Below are positions 12,633 to 22,852 of a stretch of 33,031 nt of DNA, in pieces. The translations under genes and the position numbers were made by a program. Location: the NCBI GenBank assembly GCA_032718475.1, contig JAUCBJ010004232.1:1-33031 (forward strand), in the 5' to 3' direction. This DNA comes from Nemertoderma westbladi. Lineage: Eukaryota > Animalia > Xenacoelomorpha. The notes under the pieces are model-generated. The model worked only from the letters and a program-made list of their open reading frames with translations. It made no database searches and was not told the DNA's origin. How positions within the stretch are numbered: position 1 is the first letter of the stretch; each line of letters begins with the position of its first letter.

Positions 12633-14300
12633 TTATGACGCAGTTACGGACCACTGACGGGGCCCGGCGGACTGTAAACGCAGCAGTTGTCTACGGAATA
12701 AGAAGAGCCACACGAAGCCGACCAGAAAGCAAATGGTAGACTCGATGTAGTAACCGTCAACGGTTGTAACGCACGGGGAATCCGCAGCACAATCGCTAGA
12801 GTTGCTGCAAGGAATCCCCGGGGATGCCCCCGGGGATGTCGGGATGCAATGCTTCCAAGTGAGGCTGTCCACAGCGGAGAGGGCCAGAGTCGCGGGCCAA
12901 TTGGAGCCGAGGTTGGAGGCGGTGTTGAGCAGCGTCATGTAGGTGCCGCCGATAGCGGGATCCGAGACGCGAGCGTGGAACGCCATCACGGAGACGAACA
13001 TAGAGTAGAGTGCGACCTGGTGGAGGGCGTAGAAAGAGAGGATGAGACCGTAGTAGAAGAAGGGGAAGACCCCGGGTTCTATCTGGACGAGAGGAGACAG
13101 ATAGACGAGGAATGGGAATGATAAACCGAGGAGCAGACGGAATGGGATCGCGCGGACGTACAAGTCGAGCGGACGGGGTCCCGTAGTGTACCTCGCGATG
13201 AGGAGGGGTAGGACTATCTGCAGGGGCGTTATGGGGACGGCCATGAGGGCGAGCGTATCCTTGCGCATCCCGGATTCGATTAGTTTCAACCCGGTTACCG
13301 AATCCGCAGCCGAGAAGCCAATCTTTACTGTTAACGCGAAGAAGACGTATTTATAGACGGTGGGGAGTTTTACGATGGCCAGGAGTTGGGCGTACGCGCT
13401 GGTTATACTAACGGGTGAGTCGGCGGTGCTACTAGATGGGGGTTCGGTCTTGAGCAGCCAAACTAGAGTCGTAGTTATCAGGAAAACTATCGACCAGAAA
13501 TACAGAAACCCTGATAATGATATTAATCCATACGGGAGGTCTGCGTTACGGAGGTATTTATTGCAGAAGTCTGGGGATTCTAGAGCTAAGAAAACCACGT
13601 TGCCTAGGAAATACCCAGTTGTTTGTCCTACGGAGTTACACGTGGAAGCGTAACCCACGTTCTTGCGGGAGAGCATGGTCAGAGCCCATCCGTCGACAGC
13701 TATATCTTGCGTAGCAGCGCAGAAGTTTAACACAAAGAAAACCAGGGTTAGAGTGAGCACGTGTGGCTGGAAGGAGTCTGTACGGTCTCCTAGCAACGAT
13801 GGGACGCTGTACGAAAGGTATAGCATAGCCGCGGCGATAGCGTATTGAGCGGGTACCATCCACGACTTGCGTCTACCGAACGCCGACCAATAGAAAGTGT
13901 CAACGAACGGGGCCCATAGCAACTTTAAGCTGAACGGCCAGTAGACGAGGCTAAACATTGCCTGTTGGGAATATGATACGTTTCGCGATTGGAGGATTAG
14001 CGGAACACTTCCAGCCAATCCCAGCGGGACGCCTTGGAGGACGTATAGCAGCAATAGTAAGGCTATACTTCTGCGGTCTCTATCTTCTACTGTTGACTCA
14101 TTTGATGACTCATCCATGTTGTTATCAAACAGAATGTAATCAGTGGATTCGGAATTCCGATGTATCGCTTCGGTTGTTGGCGTTGGTCGTTCAGTAGGCC
14201 TGCCGGTACCGGTACCGGTAACGCCACCGGAGTGATTATTCGCGGTAGACAAGCGCGCTGATCTCCGTAGATTACTGATATTGCTGTTATCGCTCATCAT
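12633..14300 (-). CDS. SLC33A1: Acetyl-CoA transporter 1 (AT-1, MFS/AmpG-like), 555 aa, single coding exon
   Basis: Hallmark motifs LLLYVLQGVPLGLAGSVP, WPFSLKLLWAPFVD, FGRRKSWMVPAQY, ATQDIAVDGWALTMLS, YASTCNSVGQT, SDPAIGGTYMTLLNT and DGYY, with multiple transmembrane segments. Confidence 0.96.
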   Translation of the reverse strand: MMSDNSNISNLRRSARLSTANNHSGGVTGTGTGRPTERPTPTTEAIHRNSESTDYILFDNNMDESSNESTVEDRDRRSIALLLLLYVLQGVPLGLAGSVPLILQSRNVSYSQQAMFSLVYWPFSLKLLWAPFVDTFYWSAFGRRKSWMVPAQYAIAAAMLYLSYSVPSLLGDRTDSFQPHVLTLTLVFFVLNFCAATQDIAVDGWALTMLSRKNVGYASTCNSVGQTTGYFLGNVVFLALESPDFCNKYLRNADLPYGLISLSGFLYFWSIVFLITTTLVWLLKTEPPSSSTADSPVSITSAYAQLLAIVKLPTVYKYVFFALTVKIGFSAADSVTGLKLIESGMRKDTLALMAVPITPLQIVLPLLIARYTTGPRPLDLYVRAIPFRLLLGLSFPFLVYLSPLVQIEPGVFPFFYYGLILSFYALHQVALYSMFVSVMAFHARVSDPAIGGTYMTLLNTASNLGSNWPATLALSAVDSLTWKHCIPTSPGASPGIPCSNSSDCAADSPCVTTVDGYYIESTICFLVGFVWLFLFRRQLLRLQSAGPRQWSVTAS

Positions 14301-14454
14301 TTCAATTAAAACTTCTCCAACAAATCAATTCCAGAATCTGAGACGAAGTTCATTCATTATTCAGTTCTATAATTTCTGAATTTACCCAAGCACGTAGATC
14401 AGTACTGCAGTCTGGCAGTAGCTGGTGCAGTAGTTGCATTATGCATTACAGCAT

Positions 14455-14545
14455 TAAATAAATTAATAATAATAAATAATATATAATTATTTATAAAGCG
14501 CCGAAATTACATAGGGGTTGTACTCTAACATCTAAGGCGCTACGC
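14455..14545 (-). mobile_element. Possible LINE/SINE 3'-tail remnant
   Basis: The minus strand reads agcgccttag...ggcgctttataaataattatatattatttattattaa, a stem (agcgcc/ggcgct) followed by an AT-rich tail typical of L2/CR1-group 3' ends. Confidence 0.35.
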
Positions 14546-15055
14546 GAAACAGAAAGTTTAAGTCAAACCTACCGTGGCTGATTGCGGCCAAAAAGCATTT
14601 ATGGTCATTTCAGAAAAAAGTATATAATTTCATTTCTGATTGCGGCCAAAAAACATTTATGCTCATTTCAGCAACAAAAAAAAGTATATAATTTCATTTC
14701 AAAAAATGTAGGCCTATTTAATTTAATTTCAGAAAAGTAATTATTTTCATTTCAAAAAATGTATATAATTTCATTTCAGGGAAATGTAATTATTTTCATT
14801 TCAAAAAATGAATGACAGACAGCATATACCTGAGTCCTGCATTCTTCTTATCCTATCAGTTCTTATGTTGCCTTTAGAGGCTACTGTACCGGTACCAGTA
14901 CCAGTATGCCAATAATACATGAACGTACTGTAATGATACTAAATTAAATGTTAAGTAAGTATCTTTACTGCATTGCATTTGTGAAGATTAAACTACTGTA
15001 TAGGCCTATAAACAGCCCTGTCTTCCTGCAGCCTGTTACAGGGCAAGTTAATCTT

Positions 15056-16044
15056 GGGTAAATCTTTTCGACCTACGCGTAGGCCTACGCGTAGCTACGC
15101 GTAGCTACGCGTAGCTACGCGTAGTTTGTAACTTCCATTCCTGTCATTTACCGGTAGGGCCAGACTTACTGCCTTTTTAACAACTACGCGTAGGTGTTTT
15201 AAAACTACGCGTAGGTGCTACGCGTAGCTACGCGTAGGTGCTACGCGTAGCAGTCCTGATAACAATGATTTTTCATTTCAGGTCCGGTAGGGTTGAGTTG
15301 TTAGGCAAGTATCGGTACATGTCAGGTATCTGATTATCAGACAAATGTAATATCAGAATCGGAAACTCATATCTCTACATACAGCACTGGTAATAAATAA
15401 TATTCGGCTCTTTCACATACAAACACAGAGGATGAATAAAAAGTAAACTTAAAATTCACGTCTCATGATAGACAATTTAGTCCCCCCCTTCCCTTGTCAA
15501 GGGGTTAACATATTAAAAACAGTATATCCTAGTTGCCCTATCGTGAACAAAGGCAATAAAAAGCATAGAGAATCGATAAGAACCATCGGCCTATTTCCTT
15601 TGTAAACTATTTTTGAACTCTAAACATTAATTATTAACACATTTTACCGCCCGCAACGCATGAAGTGAAGAATATGTAGTTTTCGCGTATTCCTCTATAT
15701 AGAGGATACAGGTATAGGATACATTACTGTTGAAAGCATTTGATGGTTGTGGGTTGTTTATTGAACATACCGTATTGTGTCTTATTTTAGTACTGACTCG
15801 CTTGGAATACGTAAGCCTACTAATGATAAACGACGTATAGGCATAGTTATGGGTAGCACCTATGCGTAGGTCGCGTAGGACCTACGCGTAGCTACGCGTA
15901 GCACCTACGCGTAGCTACGCGTAGCACCTACGCGTAGTTATTGTTAAAACTCTGAAACTGGTGATATATGACCCAATGTTGCGAACTACGCGTAGCTACG
16001 CGTAGCTACGCGTAGGCCTACGCGTAGGTCGAAAAGATTTACCC
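15056..16044. mobile_element. 989-bp non-autonomous TIR element with CTACGCGTAG subterminal arrays and 8-bp TSD (Merlin/MuDR-like ends)
   Basis: TIR gggtaaatcttttcgacctacgcgtaggcctacgcgtag at both ends in inverted orientation. TSD TTAATCTT at 15048-15055 and 16045-16052. The superfamily is inferred only from GG..CC ends and TSD length. Confidence 0.88.
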
Positions 16045-16325
16045 TTAATCTTAATGTCCTTGTGTAGCATAAGTCCTATCACTTAGGCCTACAGAATTTT
16101 ATATTTCAATAGGCCTATTGTTTCAGTTTCGGTTGGACACTATGGTAAATTAATCCAATCCACTAATGAGCAAACAGCGGACCGAACAGCCCGTCTGACA
16201 GCCTTACTCTCAGATTACATAATAAACCTACTACTATAGACTCACCCATCTTTTATTGATTATTGATTTCGTATTGATGAGGGTGAGGGAGGATGTCCAC
16301 AAACTCAGACTATTAGCTTCATCAA

Positions 16326-18455
16326 TTGCGATTAGCAAATGTAAGACGAAGCTTCATTACACAAGTCAATGATATTGCGAGTGTCAGAGGATCGCCAACT
16401 GAGACTACCAATACATCGAGTGCAAGTGAAGGAATGAGTGTTGACGACATTGCAACTTTATCATCAGTTAGCCGCAATAGGCAGCTAATTAATACCCCTC
16501 GCCGTAACAAAAAACGACTTGGTCGCCCGAGGGTAGGTACAAAGATCGTAACCTGTCGGATTAGTGTTGACACTGGCAATGGATCTCAATTGCTCCGAAG
16601 TCCGATGGGGGCATCAAATCTAGTTCGACTGCAACTTCAAATGAATCTGCCAATGAATGAAATTAGGGATTTCATTGTTAACAAAGTATTTCCTGATGGA
16701 ATTTGCAACACCCTAAAAAAATTCAACAAACCCTACATGAAGGATGAATATATATTTACTGCCGTTGATTCTTTAGATGATAGCGTTGAGAGCTATACAA
16801 ACCTCAATCATTATATAGAAGAACGTTGTATTGTAGGTATGCCTAAAATTAATATAATTTGTAGACTGAAACGTGAGGATATCTCAACAACCTCTATCGA
16901 TATTCAACCATCTGATGGTAACGAATCATGTGACAAGAACATCAACCCTCGAGAACTACCATTGAGGCGTCTAATATGTCCAGAATGTGGAACATCTCTG
17001 CCGAGAGACGAAATGTATTGTTTTCGCTGCTGCACACTCGCAGACTTTGAGGAATCAGAACAAATAGATGCGGCCAAGATTCTGGATGTCGATGATATTG
17101 ATGAAGTTGAAGAGGTTCCTCCAGAGGAACAAAAAGAAGATAATCCGGATCCTCTACCACTGATTGAACATGTCAGGAATTTACGTGCACAACATTTTAA
17201 TTTTGAGATACAGCCACCCAGTAGTGATTCTTCTCCAATTCTTGAAGTTCAAGAGCCTTCACAATATATAGTTGTGAGTGATAATGCAGACCTCCACACC
17301 TTTGAAGTCGACAGCACGGATTTCAAGGGCACTATTTCAAAGACTTATGATTCTTGGAAGGTTGCAAATCCATCCCACACTGTGATCGAGGTGCCGCGAT
17401 GTCAACTGTCTGACAACCTTTATGAGTTTCTAGAAACTGATGATATTACTTCTCCAGTAGTGATGGTAAAGTTTATAGGTGAATTGGCAGTGGACACCGG
17501 TGGTCCCCTAAGAGAGTTATTTTCGCTGTTTTTCTCTACCCAACCTCCGATGTTATTTCGGGGAGTGTATCCGAACTTCCTCTTTCGGCACAATCAATGT
17601 GAATTGGATAAATACAAAAACCTTGGAAAATTAGCTGCTCTGGCCATAATTAATGGTGAAGCCGGACCACACTGTTTTAGCCAATCAACTGCCCGGGCGA
17701 TAATGAATTTACCAATTTATCCAGATTTAAATGAAATCCCTCAGGATGAAGAGTGTTTACAAAAACTAGCATCCCTGAACTTGGCAGACACAGCTGAATC
17801 GTTTACTCGTTGCTCGGCTGATTTCCCAGAACGCTTCGATATGGGAATTAATAATGCTAATATACCATTTGAGGATAAAACAAAGGTGGTTCAATTACTC
17901 ACACGCCACATTGTCTACTGTTCTGTCTCAGAAGAAATTGCCTGCTTTCGGGAAGGCCTCAAGTCATATGGTGTTTATTATATAATGACGTCATTTCCTG
18001 AAGAAAGCAGTAAGTTACTTGCCCATCGCGAGGTCACCTACGAGGAAGTTAAGCTGTGCTTTGTACCAAACTACTTGAGTACAGAACGATCGCGAGAGCG
18101 TGAAAAGGAGACGACGATTACATTTAAATTTTACCAGTTTTTAAAACGAGTCGGTAAACAGGAGTTATCAACAGTTGTTGTTGATGATGATGGAGATTCT
18201 CGTACTGTTGTTCTATCTCTGGGAGATATATTGCAATTCGGTAGCGGTTCACGATATCCAACCTTTCAAGGGGAGGGTCGCATAGAATTTGATCGAACGG
18301 ATGTGGGTGATACTGGAAGACGCGTGCGAGCGGATACATGTGGAAAAGTTATTCGATTTCCATTAAACGATCGCTATATACTGCCATCGGCCAAAGAATT
18401 TGCTGAAATATTGTTCGATGATATTCTTAACAGTAAAGAATTTGGAATGCCTTAA
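16326..18455 (+). CDS. HECT-domain E3 ubiquitin ligase (G2E3-like HECT) with a CxxC-CxxC zinc ribbon; transposon cargo
   Basis: 709-codon open frame containing the HECT N-lobe motif VKFIGELAVDTGGPLRELF, YKNLGKLAALAIINGEAGP, FREGLKSYGV, ILQFGSG, the catalytic motif RADTCG (Cys codon 18339-18341) and C-terminal EFGMP with Phe at -4. CPECG...YCFRC lies at ~16978-17030. The true start is uncertain: the track start is TTG and the first in-frame ATG is at 16434. Confidence 0.88.
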   Translation: MRLANVRRSFITQVNDIASVRGSPTETTNTSSASEGMSVDDIATLSSVSRNRQLINTPRRNKKRLGRPRVGTKIVTCRISVDTGNGSQLLRSPMGASNLVRLQLQMNLPMNEIRDFIVNKVFPDGICNTLKKFNKPYMKDEYIFTAVDSLDDSVESYTNLNHYIEERCIVGMPKINIICRLKREDISTTSIDIQPSDGNESCDKNINPRELPLRRLICPECGTSLPRDEMYCFRCCTLADFEESEQIDAAKILDVDDIDEVEEVPPEEQKEDNPDPLPLIEHVRNLRAQHFNFEIQPPSSDSSPILEVQEPSQYIVVSDNADLHTFEVDSTDFKGTISKTYDSWKVANPSHTVIEVPRCQLSDNLYEFLETDDITSPVVMVKFIGELAVDTGGPLRELFSLFFSTQPPMLFRGVYPNFLFRHNQCELDKYKNLGKLAALAIINGEAGPHCFSQSTARAIMNLPIYPDLNEIPQDEECLQKLASLNLADTAESFTRCSADFPERFDMGINNANIPFEDKTKVVQLLTRHIVYCSVSEEIACFREGLKSYGVYYIMTSFPEESSKLLAHREVTYEEVKLCFVPNYLSTERSREREKETTITFKFYQFLKRVGKQELSTVVVDDDGDSRTVVLSLGDILQFGSGSRYPTFQGEGRIEFDRTDVGDTGRRVRADTCGKVIRFPLNDRYILPSAKEFAEILFDDILNSKEFGMP

Positions 18456-19670
18456 ATTGAACCGTTTCTTGTAGATACTGTAGTAACAACTCATATTGTA
18501 TGTATGTATATATATGGGTCGTTCTCACAAAAAGTGGCCAAACTTTTATGTCAAAATGTCCATGCATTCGCACGGTTATATTTCCAAACGACACAGATTT
18601 AACCCCATGAACCTATATACCAATCGGAAGAGCGGAAATCTGCTCATATTTCAGCAAATTTTCAACAGATTCCATTCACAACCTAGGGAATGACACCATT
18701 TCAAATATCGAAAATGCATGTTTTTTGAAATGTCACATTGAATTATTTTGAAATATTTGGCTTCTGAGCTAAAGTAATGAAAGCAAAGGTTCCACATACC
18801 ATACATCAAAATAAAGCAAATTTAATGCTCTTTCACATACTATTGGTGGTTTTCAACCGAAGCTACTCACATTTTATATATTTACTATTTACTAACAATT
18901 AATTACGCCGTCACTAGGATTTTGTCCACCATGTAACGCTCGTTTTTATGACATGGTTTTTTTATATTTATTCACAACATCTCCAAGTGAGATATTTCTA
19001 AACTGCGATTTATTTAGCTATCAGCAGGTAAAAAAATTATAAGAATTCGTTCATTAGAACTCGAGCATTGTGCGAAAACGTAAATCTACATAAAATACCG
19101 TTATTAGGAATGTCCTCAATGTAACGCTACTTTGAATAGCGATAACTTTTGCTTTACTAATCATATCGACACCATTGAGGGCTCATATGAAAGAGCAATC
19201 GCAGATCTATCGAATCACATATTTGATTTTAATATAGTTTCAAAACAGACTATAGTCAACGCCATGCTAATGAAAAATGTCTTCAATGTCCATCATGTAA
19301 CGCATGTAACGCTCACAATCAATAGCGTTACACTTGAGACATGTCCATCATGTAACGTAGTTGGGCCTGAACATACCTAGCAGTACGAGTGGCGTTTCTT
19401 TTTACAAATTAGGCAGTCAGGGTCAAATTAACAATAGTCGATGGTTTCTGTATTTCAGTATTTAGTATAAACTACCGTAGTACTGTAGTAATATTGTATC
19501 TGTCTCTAGTCTGTATTACCTACTACCTAAAGGGTTTAGGAAAAGCTCATGAGTTTGTTTACCTTTCTTTATTTCGGTTCTCAAACAGTACTTCTTAATC
19601 GTCATGCAATTACAATTGTCAAACGGAATTAAGCGTGTTGTGTCCGGTAAGAACTTCTCGATTGAATTTA

Positions 19671-20586
19671 TAGTGATGGCGTTACACGTGAAGGACTTAG
19701 AGATTAAGTTAGTGATGGCGTTACACGTGAAGGACTTGGAGATTAAGTTAGTGATGGCGTTACACGTGAAGGACTTAGAGATTACGTTAGTGATGGCGTT
19801 ACACGTGAAGGACTTAGTTACACGTGAAGGACTTAGAGATTACGTTAGTGATGGGATGGTGTTACACGTAAAGGACTTAGAGATTAAGTTAGTGATGGCG
19901 TTACACGTGAAGGACTTAGAGATTAAGTTAGTGATGGGATGGTGTTACACGTGAAGGACTTAGTTACACGTGAAGGACTTAGAGATTACGTTAGTGATGG
20001 GATGGTGTTACACGTGAAGGACTTAGAGATTAAGTTAGTGATGGCGTTACACGTGAAGGACTTAGAGATTAAGTTAGTGATGGGATGGTGTTACACGTGA
20101 AGGACTTAGAGATTAAGTTAGTGATGGCGTTACACGTGAAGGACTTAGAGATTAAGTTAGTGATGGCGTTACACGTGAAGGACTTAGTTACACGTGAAGG
20201 ACTTAGAGATTACGTTAGTGATGGGATGGCGTTACACGTGAAGGACTTAGAGATTAAGTTAGTGATGGGATGGTGTTACACGTGAAGGACTTAGAGATTA
20301 CGTTAGTGATGGGATGGTGTTACACGTGAAGGACTTAGAGATTACGTTAGTGATGGGATGGTGTTACAAGTAAAGGACTTAGAGATTAAGTTAGTGATGG
20401 CGTTACACGTGAAGGACTTAGAGATTAAGTTAGTGATGGGATGGTGTTACACGTGAAGGACTTAGTTACACGTGAAGGACTTAGAGATTACGTTAGTGAT
20501 GGGATGGTGTTACACGTGAAGGACTTAGAGATTAAGTTAGTGATGGCGTTACACGTGAAGGACTTAGAGATTACGTTAGTGATGGT
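19671..20586. repeat. 39-bp minisatellite with 44-bp and 20-bp variant units
   Basis: Unit gtgatggcgttacacgtgaaggacttagagattaagtta. Variants insert gggat or duplicate gttacacgtgaaggacttag. Confidence 0.96.
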
Positions 20587-20704
20587 TTTAAGGATTCCGT
20601 TAACTATTTTGTACAAGTACTGTTACAATAGTATGTATATTCATATTGTATGTATACACGAAGTGGGGCCTTCGCGCAGCACGTGACTTAATTATACTTA
20701 GTTA

Positions 20705-21933
20705 TACATTTCGCCCTCTAGCGGCAGACTGGAGGACTCCAGACCGTTTACTGCCCACCAAAGACTCAGGCCGACTTCTACTACATATCTGCTACGTTTC
20801 AGCTTGAACGGATCATAAATAACGAGATGGGAGAAAGATTTCACTATCAAACATTTCGCCCTCTAGCGGCAGACTGAAGAACTGCACACGGATTAGCCTT
20901 CAATTCAATTCAATTCAATTCCTTCTTTCAAAGTCACAGCTAATGGTCTAGTACATATCTGCCAAATTTCAGCATAAATGGATTAAAAGCAAAGAAATGG
21001 GAGGACATTTAACGTTTAGACATGTGGCCCTCTAGCAGGAGACTATTGCTCTGATGGTGTCTGAAAGTCTCTCAAACGTCTCAACTTTAGCTCATATTGA
21101 TACCTACAAATTTTCAACTTGGCAGCTTTAAATCCGACAAAGTTATTAGCATGTCAAAATCGTAACGACGACAACGATTTCACTTTCAGACATTTGGCCC
21201 TCTAGCGGCAGACTGGAGAACTGCAGATGGATTCGCCTCCTTTGAAAGTCACAGCTAATGGTCTAATACATATCTGCCAAATTTCAGCATAAATGGATTA
21301 AAAGCAAAGAAATGGGAGGACATTTAACGTTTAGACATGTGGCCCTCTAGCAGGAGACTATTGCTCTGATGGTGTCTGAAAGTCTCTCAAACGTCTCAAC
21401 TTTAGCTCATATTGATACCTACAAATTTTCAACTTGGCAGCTTTAAATCCGACAAAGTTATTAGCATGTCAAAATCGTAACGACGACAACGATTTCACTT
21501 TCAGACCTTTGGCCCTCTAGCGGCAGACTGGAGAACTGCAGATGGATTCGCCTCCTTTGAAAGTCACAGCTAATGGTCTAATACATATCTGCCAAGTTTC
21601 AGCTTAAACGGATTAAAAGCAAAGAAATGGGAGGGCATTTAATGTTTAGACATGTGGCCCTCTAGCGGGAGACCATTGCACTGATGGTGTCTGAAAGTCT
21701 CTCAAAAATCTCAACTTTTGCTCATATTGATACCTACAAATTTTCAACTTGGCAGCTTTAAATCCGACAAAGTTATTAGCATGTCAAAATCGTAACGACG
21801 ACGACGACGACGACGACAACGACGACGACGACAACGACGACGACGACGACGACAACTATTTGCATAAATTGACCCACCCCCTAACAGTGTCAATTCGCTA
21901 AGGCTCCGCCAACTTCGTGGCTCGCCCCACAAT
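20705..21933 (-). mobile_element. Helentron/HINE-like element with an internal 315-bp tandem array and (GAC)n microsatellite
   Basis: About 2.8 near-identical 315-bp units start at 20926, 21241 and 21556. (GAC)n lies at ~21796-21853, with a terminal hairpin gcca-acttcg-tggc at ~21908-21921. The tandem array is certain; the Helentron class is inferred from architecture. Confidence 0.55.
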
Positions 21934-22699
21934 AATTCAAACTAAATAATTTGCTGATTTGAAAAATATTATTTTCAGCCATTGGGTAGATAAATAAATC
22001 CGTAAAAAACCCGCATAAATATAAAATAAATCCGTACATGACATTAAAGTGACTGTTGAATTTCTGGTATATATTTTAAATGTCAAATCCTGGATACTGA
22101 TTGGCTAACAAGTAGCGTTACATTCGAGACAACGAGTTAGATTGTGGGCGTTTTGTGAAATGAAGGCTGCTGATTAGCTAACAAGTAGCGTTACACCAGG
22201 GACAAAATGTTACATTGTGGACATTAGTTTTTCGCGAATAAAACCTTACGACTTTACTAAAAAAAACGGCCCACTAGTGTATTCGAAATCGCCTCATCGA
22301 GAGCTCTCGAAAAATGTATATATTTATATGGTTTTGACAAAAAAAAATTTGACAATTTTTCACCAAAATTTTGGCCACTTTTTGTGAGAACAACCCATAT
22401 ACTGTTTTAGTGTTATTTTCCGTTTGTTATAGTTATAGTTGCATTTTGAAATTGATTCAAGTTTACTTCAAGATCCTTATCGTTTTTTATCATAATGCAT
22501 ATCTGATACAGCAGAGTAAAATTAATTATTATTTAATACTGTAGTACATAATTATGTTGTATTTAAAACGACCTTAAATAATAATTAAGTTACTCTGCTG
22601 TATAAAGTTTATACACTTTTTGTTGTTACTAATTTTTAGTGTTGATAACTAGGAATAATATGTAACGGATTGATTGGTTTTAATGAATTTAATTCGCGC

Positions 22700-22852
22700 C
22701 AGACTAACTCCCCAGCGTGAACTACCCAACAACCCTTTTCTTTATCGCTTTACGTAACTTGCGCACCGAAATTGTAACTGGCACAGCACGGGATCGAACC
22801 CGGGACCTCACAGCTATATGCAAAAAGCGAGTGACCCCTGCGCCAGCTATCT
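22700..22852 (-). mobile_element. tRNA-derived SINE-like sequence
   Basis: The minus strand reads gatagctggcgcaggggtcactcgctttttgcatatagctgtgaggtcccgggttcgatcccgtgctgtgcc, with an A-box-like TGGCGCAGGGG and B-box GGTTCGATCCC at tRNA spacing, but no clean cloverleaf. Confidence 0.55.

Larger units (their letters stand above)
18516..22396. mobile_element. 3.9-kb non-autonomous TIR element with GGG..CCC ends and 4-bp ATAT TSD (Sola-like)
   Basis: Left gggtcgttctcacaaaaagtggccaaa versus right tttggccactttttgtgagaacaaccc (one mismatch). ATAT at 18512-18515 and 22397-22400. Internal TGTAACGCT/AGCGTTACA motifs occur in both arms. No transposase ORF. Confidence 0.8.

Noticed and set aside
12849-14197. 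Short ORFs overlapping SLC33A1 (and similar ones over FAM227 and the HECT gene)
   Set aside because: They are antisense or alternate-frame shadows of real coding sequence with no recognisable motifs.
16326-18455. Calling the HECT ORF the host G2E3 ortholog
   Set aside because: It lacks the N-terminal PHD/RING cluster, and it lies within TIRs and a TSD.
19604-20686. ORFs with VMALHVKDLEIKL repeats; likewise 1736-1984
   Set aside because: They are in-frame read-through of the 39-bp and 36-bp minisatellites.
21744-21932. Protamine-like poly-Arg ORF
   Set aside because: It derives from the (GAC)n microsatellite within a repeat element.
22780-22852. Functional tRNA gene
   Set aside because: A/B boxes are present, but the acceptor and anticodon stems do not pair convincingly; treated as SINE-like.
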